64,000 bases of DNA from Candidatus Bathyarchaeota archaeon (GCA_963777155.1 CAVZPM010000037.1:1-64000), one strand, 5' to 3'. Shown: positions 53,462 to 62,774, counted from the stretch's first letter. A program made the numbers and translations. The notes: a model not told the origin generated them from the letters alone.

Positions 53462-56077
53462 TTACGGTCGTTTTCTCTGGAACAATATTATCAAAGCGCC
53501 AACCACGATGATGACAATGATTATAGCAGCGACAGATGGAACGAAATATTGGTCAGTAACAGATGGTGATGCTGTCGGAGCTGGAGTTGCTGTTGGAGCA
53601 GGTTCACTTACTGTGAAGGATGTTTCAGCTGCTGAAGGATAGTAAGATTCGGAACCATCAAAGCTTGCGTAGACAGTGTAATCGCCGGGTATGTCTGGAG
53701 TCCAAGTGAAAGTGTACATGCCGCTGCCGTCGCTTGTGGTGCTGCCGATGCTTCTGTAGTTTCCGTTAGAGTCAAGAACACTGATGTTAACCTTGACACC
53801 GGTAGTGTTTGTTGGGCATGGCTGCTGCATATAGACATACTCCATCCATGCACTCATGCTTTCGTCAGAAACACATGGGACACCAGTTGGGAAGTTTGTG
53901 GCTTGTGCTAGTTGTTTTGTGCCAGCAGAGATATCCACAATTGTACCTCGTATCACCATTTTTGAAACGAAGGGTTGGACTTGAACGGTCATTTGCGATG
54001 GCCCTTTGCTATATGCGTATATTTGGTTATCGTATGCATTCAACGCCATCATGATGTTGTCCACGATTGGAGCCCCATTTGTCACGTCAAAGCCTAGTAT
54101 CTTCCAAATCAGTGATCCGTCTGTAATGTTTAGTGCCAGTTGTTGTGCTCCTCGGAAAAGAGGCGGACTGTACTCATGGCCCACGTTAAGGAAATATACG
54201 CCGCCAGCAATAGACCCACCGCTGAAGACCCAAAGTGGCCAGACACCATAAGGAGTATCAGAGCCAGCTTCGCCGATGAGCGTGTTAGTATTTGTATACC
54301 AGAGTTCTTCTCCTGTCAATATGTTAACAGCCCACACGTCGCCTCCAAAGCCAATTATGTACATTACGCCGTTAGCAAGTTCTGTTTGGTAGCCTCCGAT
54401 GCTGTTGTAAGGATTCGGTACTGGGAAATTGCCGTTGTCGCCTGAAAGCTGTACTGGACCCCATACAAGAGATCCTGTGTTCAAGCTGAAAGCTCTGATT
54501 GTTCCTTGGGTTGCCTCAAGCCTAATTTCTAGTCCATATCCGACTTTTGTGATTTGGTCTCTTACGAAGGCGCCTAATGTTCTGTTGGTTAGCCATAATT
54601 GTGTTCCCGTGTTAGAGTTGAAGCCTGCTTCGATGCCATAGCCAGTGTTGAAAGTTCCAGACACGTCTGGTGAGGGCACTGCAGTCATAAGTACAACACC
54701 GCTGTTGACAGAGTTGATTGCCAGATTCTGCGGTAGTGGAACGCCTGAAAGGTTAGTTGGTAATGGTACTGTCCATACTATTCCCCGCTTGAAGTCAATG
54801 ACGCTGTTTTGGAGAGGTCTCCAATTCCAATTCGCCACTGTTGTTCCAGGTATGAATTGACTGTTGGGGTATAGAATCGCTTGTGTCGAGTTCCACATGT
54901 TCAGTGTCGGTGCAGTTGGAATTGAAGCGTTTACGTAGTAGCCTATTATATTGCCGCTTTGATCCTCTGTAAGCGTCATCGCAGAGCCGTTGACAATGCT
55001 AAGAATGAAATTGCCTGTTGAAGCGTCCCACAGATTCCAAATAGCGCCATTTACGCTTGGACCAGTTCCGAGATTAAACGGATTGATTAAGAGAGGGTTG
55101 CTCCACAAGTATGCTGTTGACCCAAACTGGTTGGGGTTCACCATCTGGAGTAATTGTCCGCACCTTAAAATGTCAGTAGTATTCTTTGTCCATAGAGTTT
55201 GTCCTGTACGTATATCTACTGCAACCCAGCCGCCTGGGGAAACATATGCTCCAGGATAGGTAACGTAGTACATTATGCCGTTTATGATGATTGGTGCCCA
55301 TTTTGGCTCGTATTGCGAAGTTGAGTAGTAGTTGCTTGTGTCGGTGCCTCCGAATTCTCCTCCAACTAAGCCTCCGAATGCAACTGGCTTTGTCCAGAGA
55401 ATGTGCGGCGCCTTTGGCGCGTCAGAGTAAGGATTGTAGTTTGAGGTGATGTTGTATCTTCCAGTGTTAGCAAATGAGTGTGCTCCGAATCCTAGCCAGT
55501 TTCCAGTTATAGAAGACCATACACCGTTTCCTGCTTGTACGGGGCGAGTCCAGAATTGTGTTGGAAGTGGATTTGTCGAAATAGGAGGTATTGCTTCTTC
55601 CTGAACTGTAAGAACAACAGTCGGACTTGTAGATGGTTGGAAGTAATCGCCAATATAGGGGCCAAAACCGCCGTTGGCTCCTAATAGTGTTTCACCTGGA
55701 TAGCTGAAAACAAAACTGTAATTGCCAAGTTTAGTAGGGGTATATAGTGTGTAGGTTCCGCCGGTATCGTCAGAGGTAAAGGGACCTAATGTTTCGGTTG
55801 TTCCATCTGGGTGTGTAACTGTCACTTTAAAATTGTGCCATCTATCTCCAGTTGCTGCAACAGCAGTTGGTGGTGGGATTTGGAGCCACATGCCAATGGT
55901 TACTGTTTGACCAAGACCCGCTGGGTCAGGTGCAACGTTAATGAAAGCATACGTTGGAATTTGCCAAGCAGGTGAATGAGCATTAGCACTTGGTAGTAAT
56001 AGTGTTGAAGTTCCTGTAGATGCCATCAAAATTGTTACAATCAAAATAGCCATAGATTTACTAGTCAGTTTTTTCAT
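53462..56077 (-). CDS. PQQ-like beta-propeller surface protein, paralogue 5
   Basis: GGAGA RBS before MKKLT; GHEYSPPLF; TM+RKRP. Confidence 0.88.
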   Translation of the reverse strand: MKKLTSKSMAILIVTILMASTGTSTLLLPSANAHSPAWQIPTYAFINVAPDPAGLGQTVTIGMWLQIPPPTAVAATGDRWHNFKVTVTHPDGTTETLGPFTSDDTGGTYTLYTPTKLGNYSFVFSYPGETLLGANGGFGPYIGDYFQPSTSPTVVLTVQEEAIPPISTNPLPTQFWTRPVQAGNGVWSSITGNWLGFGAHSFANTGRYNITSNYNPYSDAPKAPHILWTKPVAFGGLVGGEFGGTDTSNYYSTSQYEPKWAPIIINGIMYYVTYPGAYVSPGGWVAVDIRTGQTLWTKNTTDILRCGQLLQMVNPNQFGSTAYLWSNPLLINPFNLGTGPSVNGAIWNLWDASTGNFILSIVNGSAMTLTEDQSGNIIGYYVNASIPTAPTLNMWNSTQAILYPNSQFIPGTTVANWNWRPLQNSVIDFKRGIVWTVPLPTNLSGVPLPQNLAINSVNSGVVLMTAVPSPDVSGTFNTGYGIEAGFNSNTGTQLWLTNRTLGAFVRDQITKVGYGLEIRLEATQGTIRAFSLNTGSLVWGPVQLSGDNGNFPVPNPYNSIGGYQTELANGVMYIIGFGGDVWAVNILTGEELWYTNTNTLIGEAGSDTPYGVWPLWVFSGGSIAGGVYFLNVGHEYSPPLFRGAQQLALNITDGSLIWKILGFDVTNGAPIVDNIMMALNAYDNQIYAYSKGPSQMTVQVQPFVSKMVIRGTIVDISAGTKQLAQATNFPTGVPCVSDESMSAWMEYVYMQQPCPTNTTGVKVNISVLDSNGNYRSIGSTTSDGSGMYTFTWTPDIPGDYTVYASFDGSESYYPSAAETSFTVSEPAPTATPAPTASPSVTDQYFVPSVAAIIIVIIVVGALIILFQRKRP

Positions 56078-56264
56078 TTTTCTTTTTCTCCTTTTTCTTT
56101 CTGGATACGACATCTATAACAAAGTTAATTTAAAACTTACGATAGACCAACAAAAGCATCTGACAAAGAAAACAAATAACTACAGAATAGTCGATATTGT
56201 ACGAAAAAAACACCAAACATAAAACAGGAAATACTTAAATGACGCCCCACAATCAAAATGATAA

Positions 56265-57245
56265 ATGGTTATCTCAACGAAAGAAATTGATCACATTGAT
56301 GCAACAATAATAAAGGAACTACTCATAGATGGTCGAAGAAATTTCACTGAAATTGCAAAACAATGCAAACTATCAAAAAGTGTGATACAGAAAAGATACA
56401 AAGAACTAAAAAACGCAGGCATAATTGTTGGCGCCACGGTTCAACTGGATTACCCAAGCTTCGGCTATAATGCAGTAGGCAACATTCTATTCAAAGTCGA
56501 GCCTCAGCAGGCGGACCAGATCGTAGAGTATGTAAAAAAAATGCCAAATATCCATGCCGCTTGGCGAACTGCCAGAACCTCCGAAATAAATGCTGTAGTA
56601 ACAATGGAAAGTCTCGAAAAACTAGAAAATATCAAAGAAAGCATTAGGAAAATACCGTCAGTTTTGGAACTGAGAACCTATATCTGGACAGGCATAAGAA
56701 ATATCAGAGAAAACTTGGCGATAGCACCTCTAGAAGTGCTGAATAAAACAAATGGACATATAACAAATAAGTCCAGAAGAACGGAAAGTAAAACTGACCA
56801 AACGGATAAGCGTATAATTGAAAAACTTGCAGTCAATGGTCGAATGTCCTTTAGGAAGCTGGCGAAAGAACTGGCGATTTCAACAGATACAGTTGCAAGA
56901 AGATATGAAAAACTGAAGAGAAACGGCACAATTAAGGTTTTAATTCAATTGGATACAGCAAAGATTGGGTACCATGGGTACGCCACTTTCTACATTGCAT
57001 TTGTATCTCAAAGCAGCTTGATTTCAATGGTAGAGAATCTCTGCAAAATCCCCGATATAGTTTTGATTATTCAAACCAGTGGAAGTTTTGACCTCTTGGT
57101 GGAAGCTATGATAAAAGATCTTGATCAATTATTATTCCTTCAAGATAATATTGCAAGTATGCCTGGCGTCGCAAGGAATGAAATGCATTTAAGCAGACCT
57201 ACCGCCGTTTTTCCCACTCCCCGCGAATACATATCAACATTCTAA
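56265..57245 (+). CDS. Lrp/AsnC regulator with two tandem HTH+RAM modules
   Basis: D.ID..II.EL..DGR..F.EIAK and D.TD.RII..L...GR.SF..LAK. Confidence 0.92.
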   Translation: MVISTKEIDHIDATIIKELLIDGRRNFTEIAKQCKLSKSVIQKRYKELKNAGIIVGATVQLDYPSFGYNAVGNILFKVEPQQADQIVEYVKKMPNIHAAWRTARTSEINAVVTMESLEKLENIKESIRKIPSVLELRTYIWTGIRNIRENLAIAPLEVLNKTNGHITNKSRRTESKTDQTDKRIIEKLAVNGRMSFRKLAKELAISTDTVARRYEKLKRNGTIKVLIQLDTAKIGYHGYATFYIAFVSQSSLISMVENLCKIPDIVLIIQTSGSFDLLVEAMIKDLDQLLFLQDNIASMPGVARNEMHLSRPTAVFPTPREYISTF

Positions 57246-57367
57246 AAAATGCATAATGCTTTTTTTCTAAAAAAGAAGCCTCATGCCAGCTAAGTAATTT
57301 CCACAAACGATATGCGAAGAAGATAGTAGAAAAAAGGAGTTTTGCACGTGATATCTTCACATCAAAC

Positions 57368-57391
57368 GAGGTTCAAATCCCCCCGTTCCAC
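57368..57391 (+). other. tRNA T-arm-like fragment
   Basis: GAGGTTCAAATCCCCCCGTTCCAC; no D or anticodon arm. Confidence 0.35.
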
Positions 57392-57609
57392 TTCTCTGCA
57401 TATAAATCTGTATTTTTAAGGGTTTGCTGAGGCTCTGGGGTAGGAGAAAAGAGTAAACACAAACGCTCTTTTTTAACTACAACTATTTTTTTGGACTATG
57501 AAGAGCCTCCATTTAACATCTACTCTCAAACTAAAGTAATGTTCCCTTGATACCCGTGCATTTGCTGAAGTACCAATTATTTTGTCTTTGAAAAAATAGA
57601 CACACCGCG

Positions 57610-57879
57610 TCATTTAATAAAGTAAAAATAGGCTACCAGTAATCCTTGAATGAATAGAAAGATTGGAACTATTAAGAACTTGATTTTACGAGTTTTGTGT
57701 CTAAAAAACAACATACCAGCATAGGCACCAAACGGTCCAAAAAATGCAATCAACAAAAGCCTTGACTCAGGAACCCTCCAACTTCCCTTTTGGCTGTTCA
57801 ACTTGTCTATTCCAAAAACTGTTAAAGAGATAAAATTTACAATCACTAGAAAGATCCACAGGAACAAAACTTGAGTCAT
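57610..57879 (-). CDS. DUF1294 family membrane protein
   Basis: FGIDK...WRVPE..L...G.FGA..GM..FRHKTRK. Confidence 0.92.
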   Translation of the reverse strand: MTQVLFLWIFLVIVNFISLTVFGIDKLNSQKGSWRVPESRLLLIAFFGPFGAYAGMLFFRHKTRKIKFLIVPIFLFIQGLLVAYFYFIK

Positions 57880-58077
57880 ATTACTCCCACAGACAGAAGA
57901 TAGCTATAAGTTTTCTCTGATTACAGAATCGAACTGTTCCAGTTCATCTATTGTAAATGGCCTATATTTTTTTATTTGACCTCTTCATGAATCTACCAAA
58001 TGTAAGTTAGTAAAGAAAAGTCTTCCAAGGTCTTTCAGAATCTGGCCCTACAGAGAAAAAGAGGTTTTTCTGATACA

Positions 58078-58176
58078 TTAATGCACGCTATTATACCATC
58101 TGTTGACTTCTTGGATTGTTTTTTCAGAATATCCGTTTTTTCTTAAAAGAGTCCTATTGGACGAAGTCTTCCTCAT
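58078..58176 (-). CDS. 32-aa small protein (not in ORF track)
   Basis: GAGGAG RBS; MRKTSSNRTLLRKNGYSEKTIQEVNRWYNSVH; regulon motif upstream. Confidence 0.5.
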   Translation of the reverse strand: MRKTSSNRTLLRKNGYSEKTIQEVNRWYNSVH

Positions 58177-58226
58177 TATTTCTTCTCCTCAAGAATATTA
58201 ATACTCACTACTCATAATTAAGAGTG

Positions 58227-58250
58227 TGCAGTAGGCACCACACAATCACA
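58227..58250 (-). promoter_or_regulatory. 24-bp regulon palindrome
   Basis: Minus strand TGTGATTGT gtggtg CCTACTGCA cactcTTAATTAT. Confidence 0.55.
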
Positions 58251-58715
58251 CAGCTGGTTAGGTAGCAGTAAAGTAAAATAAATAAATAAGAAAAATAACC
58301 AAAAAAAGTTAAAGGTTAAGTTTTAATGGGACAAAATCGCGTTTTTGGCTGAAATCCAAACAGTGTTCTCCGGTATGGTCACATTCATATTTATTCAATC
58401 GGTAATTCAAACAACGCCTAAACAGTTTACAGGTCACACTAAAACACTGTGATTGTCAATAAATCATATTCAAGTTAAAAAGGCAAATTTCTAAAACAAT
58501 AATATATCAAAGGATGTAACTCAAGAAGCAGAGGGACGCTAATCAACACGAGCCTAACATCTCTATGGGAGTTAGAGGTCATATTCTTCCAAGTATACTG
58601 GAGCGGTCACTTCCCATCCGCCCTTTGAACGCAGATAGTTTTCTAAACTCAAGATCGATCCACTAATTCTACGCTAGGTTTTTTGTAATTAGTTAGCGTG
58701 CGCTTCTTCGGAAAC

Positions 58716-59993
58716 CTATTTGAGAGCAGTGTTAGTTTCATGGTTTTGAGGGTCATAGGAGCTGGTTGTAGGGTTTGATCTTTCTAGGAGGTCGTCTCGG
58801 CGTTTGAGGAGTTTTTCGAATTGTTCGTCCGTTATCTTGTCGTCTATGAGCATTTTGAAGATGGAGGCGGATATGTTTTTCATTTCTTGTTGAAATTTCT
58901 GGAGGTCTGGGGAGTATAGGTCGTAGATAGTTACCATGGTTTTGAAGAGGTGGTGGTAGAGTTTGTTTCGTCGCCATAATGTTCGGCCTCGAAGTCCTGT
59001 GATGCTGAGCACTAGTAGTGAAGCCAATGCAGCCCAACCAGCTGGAGTAGTAAACCAAAGGCTGGCATCTTTTTGTAAAATTTGTGCTAGAGATTCTGCT
59101 GGTGAACCACTGATGACTGTGTAGTTTGATGGGTATTGGTCGCCTCTTGCTATTGTGAATGTGGCTGTGTTTTCGCTGTGTGTACTTGATGGGAAGGTTT
59201 GTTTTATTTCTGTGTTCGCAGGCATGTTAACGTCGATGATTTGGTTTATTTTGAAGGTGTAACCTTGATAGCTGGTTGAGACTGGAAGGGTGAGGGTGTA
59301 GTTGTCGCCGTGTTGAGATAGGATGCTGGCTGGAGCTTCGAAGTGTAGGCTGTAGTATTGCTCGTCTTCATTGTAGTCCTTGTAGAGTTCCCATCGGCTT
59401 AGACTACCAACTGAGATTGGTGTCAAGTTAAACCCTGTTAACCAGTTTTCTAGGTTTCCCTGTCCAACAAGGTATTCGGGTGTTCGCGTTATATGGAACC
59501 ATATCCATAATTCGGTGGTTGAGTCTTCGGCGTTGAAAGAGAAGGTAACTCGAGTTGTGTTAAAGGGTACGTTGTACCAGTTCGTATCAACGCTCCAAGA
59601 AAAGTTTAGCCATGGACCTGGATCGGCAATAACTCTGTTTTGGAAACTTGAGAAGGAAGCGAAGTTTGCTTCGTACAAGTCTTCCGCGGTCGGCTGCAGA
59701 AGCGACCAGTCGAACATCTCGTAGGTTGAGACGAATATGTCGTTTGGACCAATTAGGCTCTGAGTCATGGATGCTTGGTACCAAGCTCCATCAGATATCC
59801 ACGTTGGTGCTTGGGGTAAGATACCTTCTTCAGACCAACTAACCTGTCCCATTGAAGGGGTGATGATATCGTGTATTTGCCAGACGTCAGTTTCGGCTTT
59901 GACGCATCCCAAGGTGAAAGAAAAAATTAAGATGATAAATAAAATAAACATCGCTGAAATGTGAAGACTATAACGTCCATTTTTTCTCCCCAA
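58716..59993 (-). CDS. Secreted membrane-anchored protein with cytoplasmic helical tail
   Basis: Signal peptide, beta-rich ectodomain, TM, KITDEQFEKL tail. Confidence 0.75.
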   Translation of the reverse strand: MGRKNGRYSLHISAMFILFIILIFSFTLGCVKAETDVWQIHDIITPSMGQVSWSEEGILPQAPTWISDGAWYQASMTQSLIGPNDIFVSTYEMFDWSLLQPTAEDLYEANFASFSSFQNRVIADPGPWLNFSWSVDTNWYNVPFNTTRVTFSFNAEDSTTELWIWFHITRTPEYLVGQGNLENWLTGFNLTPISVGSLSRWELYKDYNEDEQYYSLHFEAPASILSQHGDNYTLTLPVSTSYQGYTFKINQIIDVNMPANTEIKQTFPSSTHSENTATFTIARGDQYPSNYTVISGSPAESLAQILQKDASLWFTTPAGWAALASLLVLSITGLRGRTLWRRNKLYHHLFKTMVTIYDLYSPDLQKFQQEMKNISASIFKMLIDDKITDEQFEKLLKRRDDLLERSNPTTSSYDPQNHETNTALK

Positions 59994-60265
59994 TAGAGCC
60001 CCTCCAAACTGAGTATTTGTTTATTGTTTGTACATAAAAGTTTTTTCAATTGCGAAAGTCGGCTAGCGCGCGATGTTTTATCCTAAAATATCAACGTTTG
60101 GATTTGGATTAAATTTTGGTCTTTCTTACGTCTCAAAAAAATAGTGTCAATTGCATTAATTTTGGAAGGCGTCAACTTTCTTGGACTCGTTCCACCTCTT
60201 TGGTTTTTGCCCCGCGTCGAGCTCGTGATTTCACTCGCAAAACTCTCCTTTTCAAAGCAGCTAAT

Positions 60266-60465
60266 GTTAGGAACCTGTGTTCTCAAAATCAGCAAAATAG
60301 AGTTGGCAAGAGACAAAGGTTTCTTTGCATATTAGCACATCGGGCTTCTTAAGAAGTGTTATTTAGCACTAAAAATAACATGCCATTAGGTTGAGCGCAT
60401 GGAAAACAAATTATTATGGACATATTGCGACTACCCAGAGGAAGCTAAAGCATGAGCAACCACAA
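60266..60465 (+). repeat. ~200-bp duplicated upstream region, copy 1 (copy 2 at 61058-61256)
   Basis: gttaggaa.ctgtgttctcaaaa...gcttcttaagaagtgttatttagca.taaaaataacatgcc...aaagcatgagcaac. Confidence 0.88.
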
Positions 60466-60579
60466 AACTCCCCCTGAAAACAAAAGCTACCATGGTGGCA
60501 TCTACAGCTATTTCATGAATCAAAAACTGCTAAAAGCTAAACAAAGTAATCAAATCAAAAACAATAAGAGGAATATCTA

Positions 60580-60828
60580 GTGGATAGGATTCAAGCTTTA
60601 GATCTTCTTAAAGAAATTGCAAGCAAAATTCCAGAGTTGGGACCGGAAGCTATGTCCATAGTGAAAAGTGAACCCAATAATCCCCAACGGACAGGTTGTG
60701 CAATAACCTTCAAAGGGTTAACAAACGAGTGCATAGAGCAAATTAAGAAAATTGTAGAGAACCATTCTTTGGCAATCTTAGACAATAAGCTTGATTTAAC
60801 TATCTACACCCCAGTGGTTAATGCTTAG
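60580..60828 (+). CDS. Small hypothetical protein (paralogue of 14618..14863)
   Basis: GAGGA RBS; shared motifs. Confidence 0.65.
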   Translation: MDRIQALDLLKEIASKIPELGPEAMSIVKSEPNNPQRTGCAITFKGLTNECIEQIKKIVENHSLAILDNKLDLTIYTPVVNA

Positions 60829-60854
60829 CTGTATTTACTGGAAGTGAACATTTG

Positions 60855-61019
60855 TTGGCATGTCCTAAGTGTGGAAAAAATGAAGTAAAAACAGAAGTAA
60901 ACACAAACACAGGGCAAGTTCTGGTTCTGTGCTCGAATAAGGCTTGTCGTTTCTTGCTTTCGAAAAGCTGGGTTTTAGAAACCGAAATAAAATTATTAGA
61001 AAGGCGTTGCAGTTGTTAA
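60855..61019 (+). CDS. 54-aa zinc-ribbon protein (not in ORF track)
   Basis: MACPKCGK...CSNKAC. Confidence 0.55.
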   Translation: MACPKCGKNEVKTEVNTNTGQVLVLCSNKACRFLLSKSWVLETEIKLLERRCSC

Positions 61020-61057
61020 AAAATTGACAGAAGCATCTCCCCTCTAAAACATCTACA

Positions 61058-61256
61058 GTTAGGAAACTGTGTTCTCAAAATATGCAAAATAGAGTTGACA
61101 ACAAGGCAAAGAAATCTTTGCAGATTAGCAAATCAAGCTTCTTAAGAAGTGTTATTTAGCATTAAAAATAACATGCCGTTGGTTGAGCGCATGGAAAGTA
61201 AGTTATCAAAGACATATTTCGACTACCAAGAGGAAGTCAAAGCATGAGCAACACAA
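61058..61256 (+). repeat. ~200-bp duplicated upstream region, copy 2
   Basis: Matches 60266-60465. Confidence 0.88.
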
Positions 61257-62242
61257 GAGATACGGTTATTAAAGTCAAGAGTTTAGAAGAGGAAAAACAA
61301 AACCTGCTAGCCCAATTTGAAGAGCTCAAAAGGCTGGCTGATATGAAATCTAAGTCTTTAGAAAATGAAATTTCAGCTATAAAAGATCAAATAGAATCGC
61401 TAAAAGCAATAATGGGTCAGGAACAGAACCAGCTTTCAAATCACAAATCGCTTGGAGCAGAGAGTCAAGATTCTGTAATGAGACTAGTGGAAAAAATAAT
61501 TAGTGAATCAAACGAACTTGGAAATCAGATTTTTGAGTTTTCTCCCTATAGCCAATATTTTGACAGTTGGCTTGTTAATCTGCAGCAAATTATTTCTGAA
61601 TTTGAATTAGATTCCAATATAAAGCTGGATGAATTGTTTGTTAAGGATCGTTCGCGGATTTTCCTAGACATTAAACAAACCCTTACTCAAATACGGCTTG
61701 AAGAATCAAAGCTAAGTATTAATGAAAAAGCATTAAAGGACAACAATCAACTTTTGATCGAAATCGAAAAGGACTATAACAAAAAGATAAAAGAAATAGA
61801 TGAAAAGAAAAACTCAGAAATTCCACGCTTAACTAATCGAATTCAAGAACTTGAATACGAAGTAGAAAGTCATGAGGAAATAAAATCCAAGATTCCGAAA
61901 CCATTGGCTAACATGTCAAAACAATTTACTGCTTCGTCAAGAAAAGAATGGAATGAAGAAAGAAAACAAGCGGCGGAAAAACTTGCCCAAACAAAACAAG
62001 ACCTTAAATCAACTAAGAACGAGTTGGAAGCGGTCCAGCAAAGCTTTGATGCTCAGCAAGAAGAGCTGAAAGAAAGTTATGAGAAAAAGAAACAGGACAT
62101 TATGGTAAAGGTAGTAAATTTGCAGAATGAACTTGAAAAGATGAAGACTGATACATCCATAGACGCAAGGCGAGCGACGAGTAAGGCGCTAGTTAATTCT
62201 ATTAATGCTCTAATCCAGAGGACGACGAAATCAAATTCTTGA
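61244..62242 (+). CDS. Long coiled-coil protein
   Basis: 332 aa E/K/L/Q heptads. Confidence 0.8.
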   Translation: MSNTRDTVIKVKSLEEEKQNLLAQFEELKRLADMKSKSLENEISAIKDQIESLKAIMGQEQNQLSNHKSLGAESQDSVMRLVEKIISESNELGNQIFEFSPYSQYFDSWLVNLQQIISEFELDSNIKLDELFVKDRSRIFLDIKQTLTQIRLEESKLSINEKALKDNNQLLIEIEKDYNKKIKEIDEKKNSEIPRLTNRIQELEYEVESHEEIKSKIPKPLANMSKQFTASSRKEWNEERKQAAEKLAQTKQDLKSTKNELEAVQQSFDAQQEELKESYEKKKQDIMVKVVNLQNELEKMKTDTSIDARRATSKALVNSINALIQRTTKSNS

Positions 62243-62372
62243 ACTTAAATCTGTTCTAATAGTTTTTTGAAGAACTACTTTTTTTGTTGGGTTCCCACAA
62301 ACAATACACGCATGAAATAACTAAACTCTTTGCTGCGATTTCAGCAGTCGCTAACAAAGAGGGAATGTTTGT

Positions 62373-62708
62373 TTACGATAGTACGAAGCCGATAACGAAA
62401 CCTACGATGAGTCCTAATCCTAGGGGCAGCACACCCATTAGAAGCACCCCATATTGTATTGCTATAGGGCCATATGTGTCTGCAATTCCTTTCAAGGCGC
62501 CAAGGCTTAATCCGAAAAACCCGAAGTAAGCAACCACGACCAGTATAATCGCCGCTATTATCGCAATCTTTAACATCTTGTGAAATAGGTAACCCACGAT
62601 AAGCCCGATAACAAATGGAATAATCATCAAAACTAATGGTGGAATCCCGCCGATGCTTCCTGTAGTGATAAAATTAATTACTTCTTCTATAGCACCCAAA
62701 ATCAACAA
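62373..62708 (-). CDS. Small membrane protein (FUN14-like)
   Basis: G..G..VGY...K.LKI...; 3 TM helices. Confidence 0.65.
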   Translation of the reverse strand: MLILGAIEEVINFITTGSIGGIPPLVLMIIPFVIGLIVGYLFHKMLKIAIIAAIILVVVAYFGFFGLSLGALKGIADTYGPIAIQYGVLLMGVLPLGLGLIVGFVIGFVLS

Positions 62709-62750
62709 CTCCGACTAATTAGAAGTTATTACAAATTACTATTAAACTTG

Positions 62751-62774
62751 TGTGACTGTGGAGACACATCAACA
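62751..62774 (-). promoter_or_regulatory. 24-bp regulon palindrome
   Basis: Minus strand TGTTGATGT gtctcc ACAGTCACA caagTTTAATAG. Confidence 0.75.

Noticed and set aside
8569-56113. Diversity-generating retroelement acting on the beta-propeller genes
   Set aside because: No reverse transcriptase and no TR/VR pair differing only at adenines was seen.
8569-56113. Paralogues as PQQ-dependent dehydrogenases
   Set aside because: Only propeller Trp-docking repeats are evident; no catalytic motifs recognised and no pqq genes in the window.
58575-58675. Hairpin-like GC segment
   Set aside because: Reads as a start-less C-terminal gene fragment on the minus strand (SLENYLRSKGGWEVTAPVYLEEYDL*); not identifiable.
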